From: a bacterium
Lineage (GTDB): Bacteria; Zhuqueibacterota; Zhuqueibacteria; Oceanimicrobiales; Oceanimicrobiaceae
Assembly (NCBI GenBank): GCA_037446635.1
Contig: JBBIIG010000020.1
Location: 1-64,000 of the forward strand
Direction of reading: 5' to 3'
Length of the DNA: 64,000 bases
Below the pieces are notes generated by a model. It searched no databases, was not told the origin of the DNA, and saw nothing but the letters and a program-made list of their open reading frames with translations. Shown here piece after piece: positions 8,462 through 17,609 of the stretch. The stretch's first letter is position 1; the number at the start of each line of letters is the position of its first letter. The position numbers and the translations under genes were made by a program.

Positions 8462-9883
8462 ATGACGGAGGAGCGAGCAAAAATACTAATCGTCGATGAT
8501 GACAACGAGCTGCTGGTAAGCTGCTCGAAAGTTTTGAAAAACGGCCGTTATGATGTGACGACCATCGCTGACAGTGAACAAGCCGTTACTGCGATCGAAA
8601 GCGGCGAGTATGACCTCATCATCAGCGACTTAAGCATGCCGGGCATGAGTGGCATGACCCTGCTGCGCAAAGCGCAAACCGTCACCCCGGAGGTGCCGTT
8701 CGTGATTTTCAGTGCGTATGGCAGTGTGGAAACCGTGGTCGAGGCCATGCGCGAAGGCGCGTTCGATTTTATTGAGAAGCCATTCAAGGCCGATCGCCTG
8801 AAGGTGGTGGTCGAGAAATCGCTCAGCCACCGTAATCTTTTCAAAGAAAAAAAGGCGTTGGAAAGCGAGTTGCGCAAGCGCTACAGTTTCGACGCGCTGA
8901 TCGGCAAAAGTCCGGCGATGCAGCAGGTGTTTGATTTGATCACCCGTGTGGCCGAAGGCGAATCCAATATCGCCATCATTGGGGAAAGCGGAACCGGCAA
9001 AGAGTTGGTGGCGCGCAGCCTGCACGCTCACAGTCTGCGCAAAGCCAAAGCGTTCGTGCCAGTGAATTGCGGCGCGCTGCCGGAGAATCTCTTTGAAAGC
9101 GAGTTGTTTGGCTACGAAAAGGGCGCGTTCACCGGCGCGTTCCGCCGCAAGCCCGGCCTACTGGAGTACGCCGACGGCGGCACCTTCTTCCTCGACGAAA
9201 TTTGCGAGCTCAGCCCCGCCCTGCAGGTGAAGCTGCTGCGGATGCTGCAGGACAAAAAAATCCGGCGCGTGGGCGGCGCCGATCTCATCGATGTCGATGT
9301 GCGCATCATTTCCGCCTCCAATCGCAACCTCGAAGACGCGCTGTCCGCCGGCCAACTGCGCGAAGATTTGTATTACCGCCTGAATGTGATCTCCATCAAG
9401 CTGCCGCCGCTGCGGGATCGCAAGGAAGACATTCCGCTTTTGTGCCACCATTTCATTGAGAAATATTCCAAACTCACGCCCAAAAATATCACGGGCATCT
9501 CCAGCCGCGCCCTCAATTGTCTGGAAGAGTACGACTGGCCCGGCAATGTGCGCGAGTTGGAAAATGTCATCGAACGGGCGGTGACGCTGGCAAAAGAGCA
9601 GGAAATTACGATAGAGGATTTGCCAGAACACCTCGTTCGCGATGGCAACCGGGAGTTAGGCGTCCAATATGAGATGCCGTTTGAAGAAGCGAAGACGCAG
9701 GTGCTGCTGCAATTCGAGCGCAAATATCTCGTCAAACTTTTGGAGCGCAGCAGCGGCAACGTGACCCACGCCGCTGAAATGGGCGGCGTCACCCGCCGCA
9801 CCTTCCATCGTTTACTGCGGAATCACAGCCTGCATGCAAAAGATTGGAAGCCAATCCAGGGCAAAGAAGAAAAAGAAGAATAG
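8462..9883 (+). CDS. Sigma54-dependent response regulator (NtrC/AtoC family)
   Basis: REC, GESGTGKE, GAFTGA, FLDEI, LREDLYYRL, WPGNVREL, C-terminal HTH. Confidence 0.95.
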   Translation: MTEERAKILIVDDDNELLVSCSKVLKNGRYDVTTIADSEQAVTAIESGEYDLIISDLSMPGMSGMTLLRKAQTVTPEVPFVIFSAYGSVETVVEAMREGAFDFIEKPFKADRLKVVVEKSLSHRNLFKEKKALESELRKRYSFDALIGKSPAMQQVFDLITRVAEGESNIAIIGESGTGKELVARSLHAHSLRKAKAFVPVNCGALPENLFESELFGYEKGAFTGAFRRKPGLLEYADGGTFFLDEICELSPALQVKLLRMLQDKKIRRVGGADLIDVDVRIISASNRNLEDALSAGQLREDLYYRLNVISIKLPPLRDRKEDIPLLCHHFIEKYSKLTPKNITGISSRALNCLEEYDWPGNVRELENVIERAVTLAKEQEITIEDLPEHLVRDGNRELGVQYEMPFEEAKTQVLLQFERKYLVKLLERSSGNVTHAAEMGGVTRRTFHRLLRNHSLHAKDWKPIQGKEEKEE

Positions 9884-9920
9884 GTATGCCAACAATACAC
9901 AAACAACAAAGGAGACGTGT

Positions 9921-11318
9921 ATGTTAAAAAAACTGTGGATTTTGTTTCTGCTTGCGCTGGTGCTGCCGGCGCTGCTTTATTCCCAGAGTTCGGGCAACTT
10001 CTCCACCAGCCTACACGCGACGCGCGCCGGCAAAGCAACGTGGTACAGCAAAGACAACGGCGGATTTGAGACGCTCACCAACATCCCCATGGACTCGCTG
10101 GCGTGCAACAAGTGTCATGGCCCAACCTTCGCCGATGGCACCCCCATCGACAACGAAACCTATGCCCCTGGCTGCAACGACTGCCACAACTTCCCCCAGG
10201 GAACCGCGGTGCAGCAATCCACCTGTTTGGGGTGCCACAGCCGGCAGGCGGCGGAAATTAATTTGTCAGCATCGAATCCCATTTACACCGACGTCCACCG
10301 CGACAAAGGCCTGACCTGCACCAGCTGCCACACCACCCGCGAGATGCATGGCGACGGCACGGCTTACGCCTCCATGAGGGAACCCGGCGTGTTCGACGCC
10401 GCGTGCACCAACTGCCATCCGGAAGCCACCCTGGCCGACAATCAAGCTCATAATCTCCACAAAGATGATGTGTACTGCACCGCCTGCCACACCCAAACCG
10501 TCTCCACCTGCTTGAGCTGCCATTTTGAAAGCGAATTGGATGGTTTCAAGCGCTATTACAATCAAGCGCCCGTGGGCGGCTTTGTGATGCTGGTGCGGCG
10601 CCCGCAGGACGGCAAAGTGGTGACCGCCTCCTATCAATCTTTGACCCACAACGGCAACAGCTTCTACGCCATCGGTATTTTTCACGGGCACACCATCAGT
10701 AAAGAAGCGCGCGCTTGCACCGATTGCCACAATACGGAAATCGTCAACGCCTATAAAACCTCGGACGAAATTCCGGTGGTCCACTGGGACAACAATGACA
10801 GCAAGCTCGTCCATACTCAGGGCGTGATTCCAGTGCCCCCGGATTGGCAGCAGGCTCTGCAATTAGATTTCGCTACCTACACCGGCAACACCACCGATCC
10901 CCTCAAGCCCTTCGACCCGACGAAATGGATTTATCAGGAAACCGGCGCCGACGGCAGCCATATACTCTACGCCGATCCGCTCACCGCGGAACAAATGGAC
11001 AAATTAGCGATGAACGTGGTCTCGGTGGAAGATGGCAGTACTCCTCTGCCGGAGAAATTCGAGCTAGTGCAGAACTACCCCAACCCGTTTAACCCCAGTA
11101 CCAACATCGAATTCCGGCTGGCGAAGACCACGCAGGTAACGCTGAAAATCTACAACCTGCTGGGTGAAGAAATCCAGACCCTGCTTTCGAAAGAAACTCT
11201 GAGCGCGGGGACGCACAAATACAGCTTCCGCGCCGACGGCCTGCCCAGCGGCATTTATGTGTATAAAATAGAAACTCCGGAGTTTACCCAGGTCCGGAAG
11301 ATGACCCTGCTCAGGTAG
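9921..11318 (+). CDS. Octaheme cytochrome c with signal peptide and T9SS type A C-terminal sorting domain
   Basis: Start moved to ATG 9921 (GGAG RBS); 8 CxxCH; QNYPNPFNPST...IYNLLG...LPSGIYVY...RKMTLLR. Confidence 0.88.
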   Translation: MLKKLWILFLLALVLPALLYSQSSGNFSTSLHATRAGKATWYSKDNGGFETLTNIPMDSLACNKCHGPTFADGTPIDNETYAPGCNDCHNFPQGTAVQQSTCLGCHSRQAAEINLSASNPIYTDVHRDKGLTCTSCHTTREMHGDGTAYASMREPGVFDAACTNCHPEATLADNQAHNLHKDDVYCTACHTQTVSTCLSCHFESELDGFKRYYNQAPVGGFVMLVRRPQDGKVVTASYQSLTHNGNSFYAIGIFHGHTISKEARACTDCHNTEIVNAYKTSDEIPVVHWDNNDSKLVHTQGVIPVPPDWQQALQLDFATYTGNTTDPLKPFDPTKWIYQETGADGSHILYADPLTAEQMDKLAMNVVSVEDGSTPLPEKFELVQNYPNPFNPSTNIEFRLAKTTQVTLKIYNLLGEEIQTLLSKETLSAGTHKYSFRADGLPSGIYVYKIETPEFTQVRKMTLLR

Positions 11319-11344
11319 TATCAAACTGTATCGAAAAATCTGAT

Positions 11345-11381
11345 CAGAGCGTGGATGCTTTCGTCCACGCTCTGTTATTTT
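11345..11381 (+). terminator. Rho-independent terminator
   Basis: CAGAGCGTGGA/TCCACGCTCTG hairpin followed by TTATTTT. Confidence 0.65.
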
Positions 11382-11436
11382 AAAACACAGCATTCAAAAA
11401 AATCGCCTACCCTAATTAATTTTTGGAATTGGAAGC

Positions 11437-13830
11437 GTGCGCTTTAACATCAACCGATTTCTAAAACTCCACATTCGTGGGAAATTAGCCATCGCCTTTG
11501 CCGGGTTATCGATTCTCCCCGTGCTGGTGGTAGGAATTTTAGGAATTTCAAAGAATGTGCAATCGCTGCACCAGGTAGCCATAGAAGACTTAAACCATGA
11601 TCTGCTGGCAATAAAAGAACGACTCCGTAGTTTCTTTCAGGGTTTGGAAGATAATATTCACATTATTACGGCATCCCCTTCATTTCACAATTTTGTTGAC
11701 GCTGTCAATCAACACGATGAATTAAGAATATCGCGTGCAAGCAATGAACTTCTTCCTGAATTAATATCTTTTGCGCAGCACAAAAGAATCTTTTATCAAA
11801 TTAAATTTATTAATTGCGCGGGCGATGAAATCTTCATTATCGAACAAAAGGACGATCAGTACGCAGCCTTACCGACTGAGGAGCTGAATAATTCAGGTAC
11901 GATTTTTTATCTTTATCTTGCACAAAATATTCCGGCCAATCGCGCAACTTTCATTCCGGTGGAACTGATAAGCAGAAATTTTCAGAGGCTGCTGCCAGCG
12001 GTTAGCTGTATTTACCCACTTTATTCCAAAAACTTTACCGGACTTCTTATCTTTCAAATCTATGCAGAACCGTTTTTTAAGATTTTTGAACAACAAACGC
12101 CCCATTCCACAGCTGGTAAAGTTATGCTGGTGAACGCCGACGGCTATTATCTCTACCATTCCCAACAAAAATGGAATCAACTTTTGGCCTCTAAGGACAT
12201 TCTCAATCTTAAAGCGGATTATGGTGAGGAAAGGACCGGGCATCTGCTTTCTCATACTTCCAAATCGTTCTTTGAAATTGAGGAAGAAATTGTAGCTCAC
12301 GCGCCGCTCTTTGATGAACATACCGGATTAGACAGTGAATACACCATCTTGAAGAGTGTCTCAAAGGCCGATATTTTCAAACCAGCGCAGAACTTCCAAA
12401 ACCTCTTTTGGGGGTTTCTGGGATTGTTTTTGGCAACATCTCTTTTACTCGCTTATTTAGCGACCCGACAATTTACTGAACCCATCCAGAAACTACGAAG
12501 AGAGGCTGAGATCATTGCAAGAGGGGACTATCACGCCCGAGTCTATGTGCAAACGTTCGATGAAATTGCAGAGCTGGCACATCAATTTAACATCATGGCG
12601 GAGTCGTTAGAACAACGGGAGGGCGAAATTGACCGACACCGGCAACAATTAGAACAGTTAGTAAGAGCACGCACAAAAGAATTGGAAAAAGAGAAGAACA
12701 AATTACAGGTAATTTTGGATAATGTGCCAAGTGGGTTTGTTTTGTTGGATGAAAAATACAAAATTCTTACTGCCAGCGCCGCCTTGAAATCTATCACGGG
12801 ACAGCCGGTTGAAACACTCCTTGGCAAGTCGTGTTACGAAGTGATTGGCAACGACCATCTCTGTTCGGGTTGCCCCACCGAGCAGGTATTTCGCAGCGGC
12901 CAAATGACCAGCCAATTAGTTCGTCGCCTGAATGCAGATGGTGATGAGCGTTATTTGGAGTACCTTGCGGTGCCGCTTAAGCGAGACGGCCAGGTGGAAA
13001 ATGTATTAGAAATTATCACCGACGTCACCGAGCGCCAGCGGCTGCAAGATCAATTGCTGCGCTCCGAGCGCCTGGCCGCCACCGGCGAAATCGCCGCGGT
13101 AATCGCCCACGAGATGCGTAATTCCCTGACCTCCGTGCGGATGATCTTACAATTATTTAGAAAAACCGAACCCACGGTTACTGCCGACCCGGAGTCGCTC
13201 GATGTGGCGCTGGATTCTTTGAGTCGAATGGAGCGGGTCGTCAACGATCTGCTGCAACTGGCTCGTCCCGCGCAATTGGAAAAGCGTCCGGAAAATATCA
13301 ACGCGATTTTGCGCGACAGCATCGATTTTGCTAAACATCAGATCACCCGTAAAGGAATTGAATTGGAGGTTGAGCTGGCGTCGGATTTGCCCGCGATCGA
13401 TTTAGATCATGAACATATAAAAGAAGCCCTCGTCAATTTGATTTTGAACGCCGCCCAGGCGATTGCAGCAACCGGGAGGATACAAGCCCGTTCTCGATTG
13501 ACGACCTTAAAGAAAAAACTTCGCGACCTGGGGGAAGTACGCATGGTGGGTAACGAAAACGTGGGCATGGGGGTAAAGGAGGTCGTGCTTAACAAAGGCG
13601 CTCGGGTCATCGAGATGGAGGTCAAGGATTCGGGCTGTGGAATTTCTCAAGGGCATCTCTCGCGCATTTTCGATCCTTTCTTCACCACCAAAGTCAATGG
13701 CACGGGTCTGGGTCTCTCGTTTGTCAAGCGGGTCGTTAATGAACACGACGGTATAATCACGGTAGAAAGTCAGGAAGGAAAAGGGAGTTGCTTCACGATA
13801 TATCTTCCGCTGAGAAACAGTCTGAGTTAA
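11437..13830 (+). CDS. Sensor histidine kinase (periplasmic Cache-like, HAMP, PAS, HisKA, HATPase)
   Basis: Two TM segments, DEIAELA HAMP, PAS with CYEVIGNDHLCSGCP, AHEMRNS, GTGLGL. Confidence 0.9.
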   Translation: MRFNINRFLKLHIRGKLAIAFAGLSILPVLVVGILGISKNVQSLHQVAIEDLNHDLLAIKERLRSFFQGLEDNIHIITASPSFHNFVDAVNQHDELRISRASNELLPELISFAQHKRIFYQIKFINCAGDEIFIIEQKDDQYAALPTEELNNSGTIFYLYLAQNIPANRATFIPVELISRNFQRLLPAVSCIYPLYSKNFTGLLIFQIYAEPFFKIFEQQTPHSTAGKVMLVNADGYYLYHSQQKWNQLLASKDILNLKADYGEERTGHLLSHTSKSFFEIEEEIVAHAPLFDEHTGLDSEYTILKSVSKADIFKPAQNFQNLFWGFLGLFLATSLLLAYLATRQFTEPIQKLRREAEIIARGDYHARVYVQTFDEIAELAHQFNIMAESLEQREGEIDRHRQQLEQLVRARTKELEKEKNKLQVILDNVPSGFVLLDEKYKILTASAALKSITGQPVETLLGKSCYEVIGNDHLCSGCPTEQVFRSGQMTSQLVRRLNADGDERYLEYLAVPLKRDGQVENVLEIITDVTERQRLQDQLLRSERLAATGEIAAVIAHEMRNSLTSVRMILQLFRKTEPTVTADPESLDVALDSLSRMERVVNDLLQLARPAQLEKRPENINAILRDSIDFAKHQITRKGIELEVELASDLPAIDLDHEHIKEALVNLILNAAQAIAATGRIQARSRLTTLKKKLRDLGEVRMVGNENVGMGVKEVVLNKGARVIEMEVKDSGCGISQGHLSRIFDPFFTTKVNGTGLGLSFVKRVVNEHDGIITVESQEGKGSCFTIYLPLRNSLS

Positions 13831-13848
13831 CAGGAGTCACGGGGCACG

Positions 13849-15246
13849 ATGGGCAAAAATAAAATATTGGTCGCCGACGACGACAAAAACATTCAATTTG
13901 CATTTCGCAAAACTTTTGAGAGGGATGGATTCGTCGTGACCACCGCCGCCACGGGTCGGGAAGCCCTGCAGAAACTGGAGTCGGAGAATCCCGCGCTCGT
14001 CTTCATGGATGTGGTGATGCCCGACCTTTCCGGTCTGGACGCTCTAAAAGAAATAAAAGATCGCGGTCTCACCGTACCTGTGGTAGTGATTACGGGCGTT
14101 GGTACCATGCAGACCGCCGTCAAAGCCGTGCAGTTGGGCGCCTACGAATACCTCACCAAGCCCTTAGATGTGGACAAAGTGCGGGTGGTGGCCCAGCGAG
14201 CGCTGGAGATGGTGCGCCTGCGCCGGGAAGTGGAAGAGTTAAAGGCCAAACTCAGTCATCCCACGCCAGATTACGAACTCGTTGGCAATGACCAGCAGAT
14301 GCAGGAAATTTATAAGCGAATTGGGGTGATTACCACAACCCCTAACTCGACCAACGTTCTAATTGTGGGCGAAAGCGGTACCGGCAAGGAGCTGGTGGCG
14401 CGGGCAATTCACAATAGCGGACCCTTTGCCGCAGAGCCGTTTGTGGCTATCAACTGTACGGTCTTGCCAGAAACCTTGTTAGAGAGTGAGCTTTTCGGGC
14501 ACGAAAAAGGCGCCTTTACCGGCGCGGATAAGCAAAAGTTGGGCAAGTTTGAAATTGCCAAAGAAGGCACGATCTATCTGGATGAAATCGGTGATATGTC
14601 TCCCAAACTGCAACAGAAACTTTTGCGGGTGCTGCAGGAGAGGGTTTTCGAACGCCTCGGAGGGCAGGGACTCATCGAAGTCAAAGCCCGCTTTCTCGCT
14701 TCTACCAACAAAGATTTGGAAAAAGAAATCCGTTTGGGAAATTTCCGGGAGGATCTTTATTTCCGTCTGAATGTGATGACGATAAAATTACCCTCTTTAC
14801 GTGAACGCCGGGAAGATATCCCAATTCTGGCCCGCCATTTTCTGGCTAAATACAACCAGCGGTTCAATAAAAATATGCAAGTCATCTCCGATGAAGTGAT
14901 GCAATTATTGCAAACCTATCCTTTTCCGGGAAACGTAAGAGAATTGGAGAACGCCATCGAACATGGAGTAGCGCTTGAAAAGGGCCAGATTTTACTGTCC
15001 GATTCTCTACCGGCTCATCTTAAAAAAATCGAACGCGGCTCATCTTTTGATATTCCCCTTACCAGTCCTGTCCTGGCGCAGGCCCGGCGGGATGTGTTGG
15101 AAGCGTTCGAGCGAAAATTTCTGATTGAACGTTTGCGCGCCCACCGCGGCAATGTGACCGCCGCGGCCCGCGAAGCGCAAATCCAACGCCAGAGCTTCCA
15201 ACGCCTGATGAAAAAATATGATATTGATTCCAGTGAATTTCGCTGA
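13849..15246 (+). CDS. Sigma54-dependent response regulator (NtrC/AtoC family)
   Basis: REC, GESGTGKE, GAFTGA, YLDEI, FREDLYFRL, FPGNVREL. Confidence 0.95.
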   Translation: MGKNKILVADDDKNIQFAFRKTFERDGFVVTTAATGREALQKLESENPALVFMDVVMPDLSGLDALKEIKDRGLTVPVVVITGVGTMQTAVKAVQLGAYEYLTKPLDVDKVRVVAQRALEMVRLRREVEELKAKLSHPTPDYELVGNDQQMQEIYKRIGVITTTPNSTNVLIVGESGTGKELVARAIHNSGPFAAEPFVAINCTVLPETLLESELFGHEKGAFTGADKQKLGKFEIAKEGTIYLDEIGDMSPKLQQKLLRVLQERVFERLGGQGLIEVKARFLASTNKDLEKEIRLGNFREDLYFRLNVMTIKLPSLRERREDIPILARHFLAKYNQRFNKNMQVISDEVMQLLQTYPFPGNVRELENAIEHGVALEKGQILLSDSLPAHLKKIERGSSFDIPLTSPVLAQARRDVLEAFERKFLIERLRAHRGNVTAAAREAQIQRQSFQRLMKKYDIDSSEFR

Positions 15247-15331
15247 GCTTCACTTGAAATCATCACCGCAATTTTTCTCCTTCTCAAAAACCTTGACTGA
15301 GTAAAAAGTCCTTTTTTATTCCCTGCTAAGC

Positions 15332-15370
15332 GCCACCTAATAGGTGGCAGATTGTCACCAGACGAGTGAC
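15332..15370. promoter_or_regulatory. Tandem 17-bp palindromes G(C/T)CAC-N7-GTG(G/A)C, putative enhancer-binding-protein sites
   Basis: GCCACCTAATAGGTGGC (15332) and GTCACCAGACGAGTGAC (15354), 22 bp apart, about 100 bp upstream of a sigma54-like motif. Confidence 0.6.
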
Positions 15371-15470
15371 ACTTCAGGAAAAATTTCTCGCTGGTATTCT
15401 TTCCCCTTTCTTAAGCCACGACCATATAATAACAGGCACTTACTAATAGATGGGAGACCGCAACTTTTTA

Positions 15471-15487
15471 TGGCATATCTTTTGGAT
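15471..15487 (+). promoter_or_regulatory. Sigma54-like promoter
   Basis: TGGCATATCTTTTGGAT (GG-N10-GG) upstream of the 15555 start. Confidence 0.55.
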
Positions 15488-15554
15488 ACCTCCTATCATC
15501 AAAGCTAAATCCAACCACCGCTTCAACCAGTCACAAAATCGGAGGAAAGTAGCC

Positions 15555-16823
15555 ATGAAAAAAAGAATTTTAGTAAGTGCAGCTGCGACCTTCCTGGTGT
15601 TGGTTTTGGTTCTTGCCATCAGCTCGATTTCAGTAAAAGACGCGCAGGCCATTCCCGCCTGGGCGCGCAAGTACCAAACCAGTTGCTCCACCTGCCATTA
15701 TGCCTTCCCAATGCTTAACGGCTTTGGGAAAGCTTTTGAGAATAATGGCTATCGCTATCCGGGTGGGGACGAGAACTATCGCAAAGAAGAACCAACCAGC
15801 TTAGGTTCCGAGAGTTATAAAAAAGTGTGGCCGGACGCCATTTGGCCGGCAGACATTCCCGGATTACCCCCACTGGCCATTCATGCCATCGGGCGCATTA
15901 ATTACGAGCCCGATGCGGATGTCAAATCCAGTTTTGAGCTCCCCCATGAATTGGAGATTCTTTATGGTGGAACCATCGGCGAGACTGTTTCCTTTTTTGG
16001 CGAAGTGGAAATCGAAAACGAGGACAATGAAATCGAATTTGCCTTCCCGTTCTTTTTACAGTGGGATTTTAATCCGCGCTGGCACATCAGAGTTGGCAAC
16101 GTTTCACCTGACCCGACGCCGACCCACATGCGATTAACGCGCAACCACTACAATGTCGCCAGCTTTAGAAGTCGCAACCGCGTGCGTTTGCGGGACGAGC
16201 ATTCGGGCATCGAGTTCTGGGGCGCGGGCAATGGCGCCGGTGGTCGGGGCGGCTATCGTTTCCAATTGGGGGTAGTGAACGGCCAGGGGAGAAATGACGT
16301 GAACAGCGAAAAAGATATTTATGGCCGAGTCACCTACAAAATTGGCGGTCTGGGGGAAATTGGCGGTACCGAGGGTCAGGAAAGCGAAACCGCCGAATTT
16401 TATGTGGATAATAATTTGCGTCTCGGAGGCTTCTTCTATATTGGCACGGCCACCCAAAATGATGTCGATGAAGATTTTCAAATATTCGGCGGCGACGTGG
16501 ATTTTTGGTGGAATCGCTTGATACTAAATGGCGCGGTCCTGTATATGAACTCGGAATTGCCAGGTACCCCGGACCGCCAGTCTCTGGTCTGGTACGGTCA
16601 AGGCAACTATGTGATTTATCCCTGGCTTATTGGCCTGGCGCGGTTTGAGTTTACCGATTCTAATTTAGATATCGACGTACCAGAAGCGCAAAAATCGCTC
16701 ATTCCCGGGCTGACATTTGTGGCCAGGGCAAATGTCCGCTTCACCCTGGAATATTTCATACCTTTGGATGACCCCAGTAAGGATGCCGACCTGTTTGTTA
16801 TGCAGGCGCAGTTTGGATTTTAG
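15555..16823 (+). CDS. cyc2: Cyc2-like fused monoheme cytochrome-porin (outer membrane)
   Basis: Start moved to 15555 (GGAGG RBS); signal peptide then IPAWARKYQTSCSTCHYAFPMLNGFGKAFENNGY, matching the Cyc2 N-terminal pattern; beta-strand-rich body ending in Phe. Confidence 0.75.
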   Translation: MKKRILVSAAATFLVLVLVLAISSISVKDAQAIPAWARKYQTSCSTCHYAFPMLNGFGKAFENNGYRYPGGDENYRKEEPTSLGSESYKKVWPDAIWPADIPGLPPLAIHAIGRINYEPDADVKSSFELPHELEILYGGTIGETVSFFGEVEIENEDNEIEFAFPFFLQWDFNPRWHIRVGNVSPDPTPTHMRLTRNHYNVASFRSRNRVRLRDEHSGIEFWGAGNGAGGRGGYRFQLGVVNGQGRNDVNSEKDIYGRVTYKIGGLGEIGGTEGQESETAEFYVDNNLRLGGFFYIGTATQNDVDEDFQIFGGDVDFWWNRLILNGAVLYMNSELPGTPDRQSLVWYGQGNYVIYPWLIGLARFEFTDSNLDIDVPEAQKSLIPGLTFVARANVRFTLEYFIPLDDPSKDADLFVMQAQFGF

Positions 16824-16865
16824 AAAAGAACACATTTAGGAATTCAAACATCAAGGAAAAATAAT

Positions 16866-17456
16866 ATGAAAGCGAGAAGTCTTTTCTTAGTGGTATTGAT
16901 GCTATGTTATCCGCTCACCTCGATGGCGGGAACGATTAAAGGCAAAGTCACCGCCAAAGGCGCGCGCGACGCCAGCGACGTGGTGGTGTTTATCGATGAA
17001 GTGGCAGACGGATTCAAACCACCAAAAGAACATGCCAAAATGGATCAGAAGAATCTGACCTTCATCCCCCACGTGCTGCCGATTATTCAGGGGACCATCG
17101 TGGATTACCTCAACAGCGACGATGTGCTGCATAACGTGTTCACACCCGATAAATGCGCCGAGAAATTCAATCTGGGTACCTGGCCCAAAGGTGAAACCCG
17201 ATCCTATACATTTAAAGAACGCGGCTGCGTTTCGGTGATGCTTTGCAACGTGCACCCGGAAATGGAAGCCTGGATTGTGGTGCTGCAAAACCCCTACTTT
17301 TTCAAAACCGATAAAGATGGGGTCTTCACCATCGAAAACGTGCCGGCGGGAAAATATACTCTGCGGGTCTGGCATAAGAAGCTCAAAGGCGAACCCCAGG
17401 AAATCGAGGTGCCGGAAACGGGTGACATCACCGTGGATTTTGTCATCAAAAAATAA
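16866..17456 (+). CDS. Secreted cupredoxin-like protein flanked by carboxypeptidase-regulatory-like beta segments
   Basis: Signal peptide; HNVF and CNVHPEM type-1 copper ligand pattern. Confidence 0.75.
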   Translation: MKARSLFLVVLMLCYPLTSMAGTIKGKVTAKGARDASDVVVFIDEVADGFKPPKEHAKMDQKNLTFIPHVLPIIQGTIVDYLNSDDVLHNVFTPDKCAEKFNLGTWPKGETRSYTFKERGCVSVMLCNVHPEMEAWIVVLQNPYFFKTDKDGVFTIENVPAGKYTLRVWHKKLKGEPQEIEVPETGDITVDFVIKK

Positions 17457-17465
17457 GTGACTCGC

Positions 17466-17590
17466 TAGATTAACGGAGTATTGGAGTTCTGGAGTTTTGG
17501 AGTAATGGGTTTTGGATTGATGGATTAATGGATCATCTCAAAGCGGAGCTTTGACTTACAATCCAATATTCCAGTACTCCATCCATCCAC
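17466..17590. repeat. TGGAGT/TGGATT hairpin element with an inverted copy of the CTCAAAGCTCCGCTTTGAG core
   Basis: 17535-17560 is the reverse complement of the core at about 44495, 45500 and 49296. Confidence 0.8.
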
Positions 17591-17609
17591 CCTTCGTGAG
17601 ATCTCGAAT

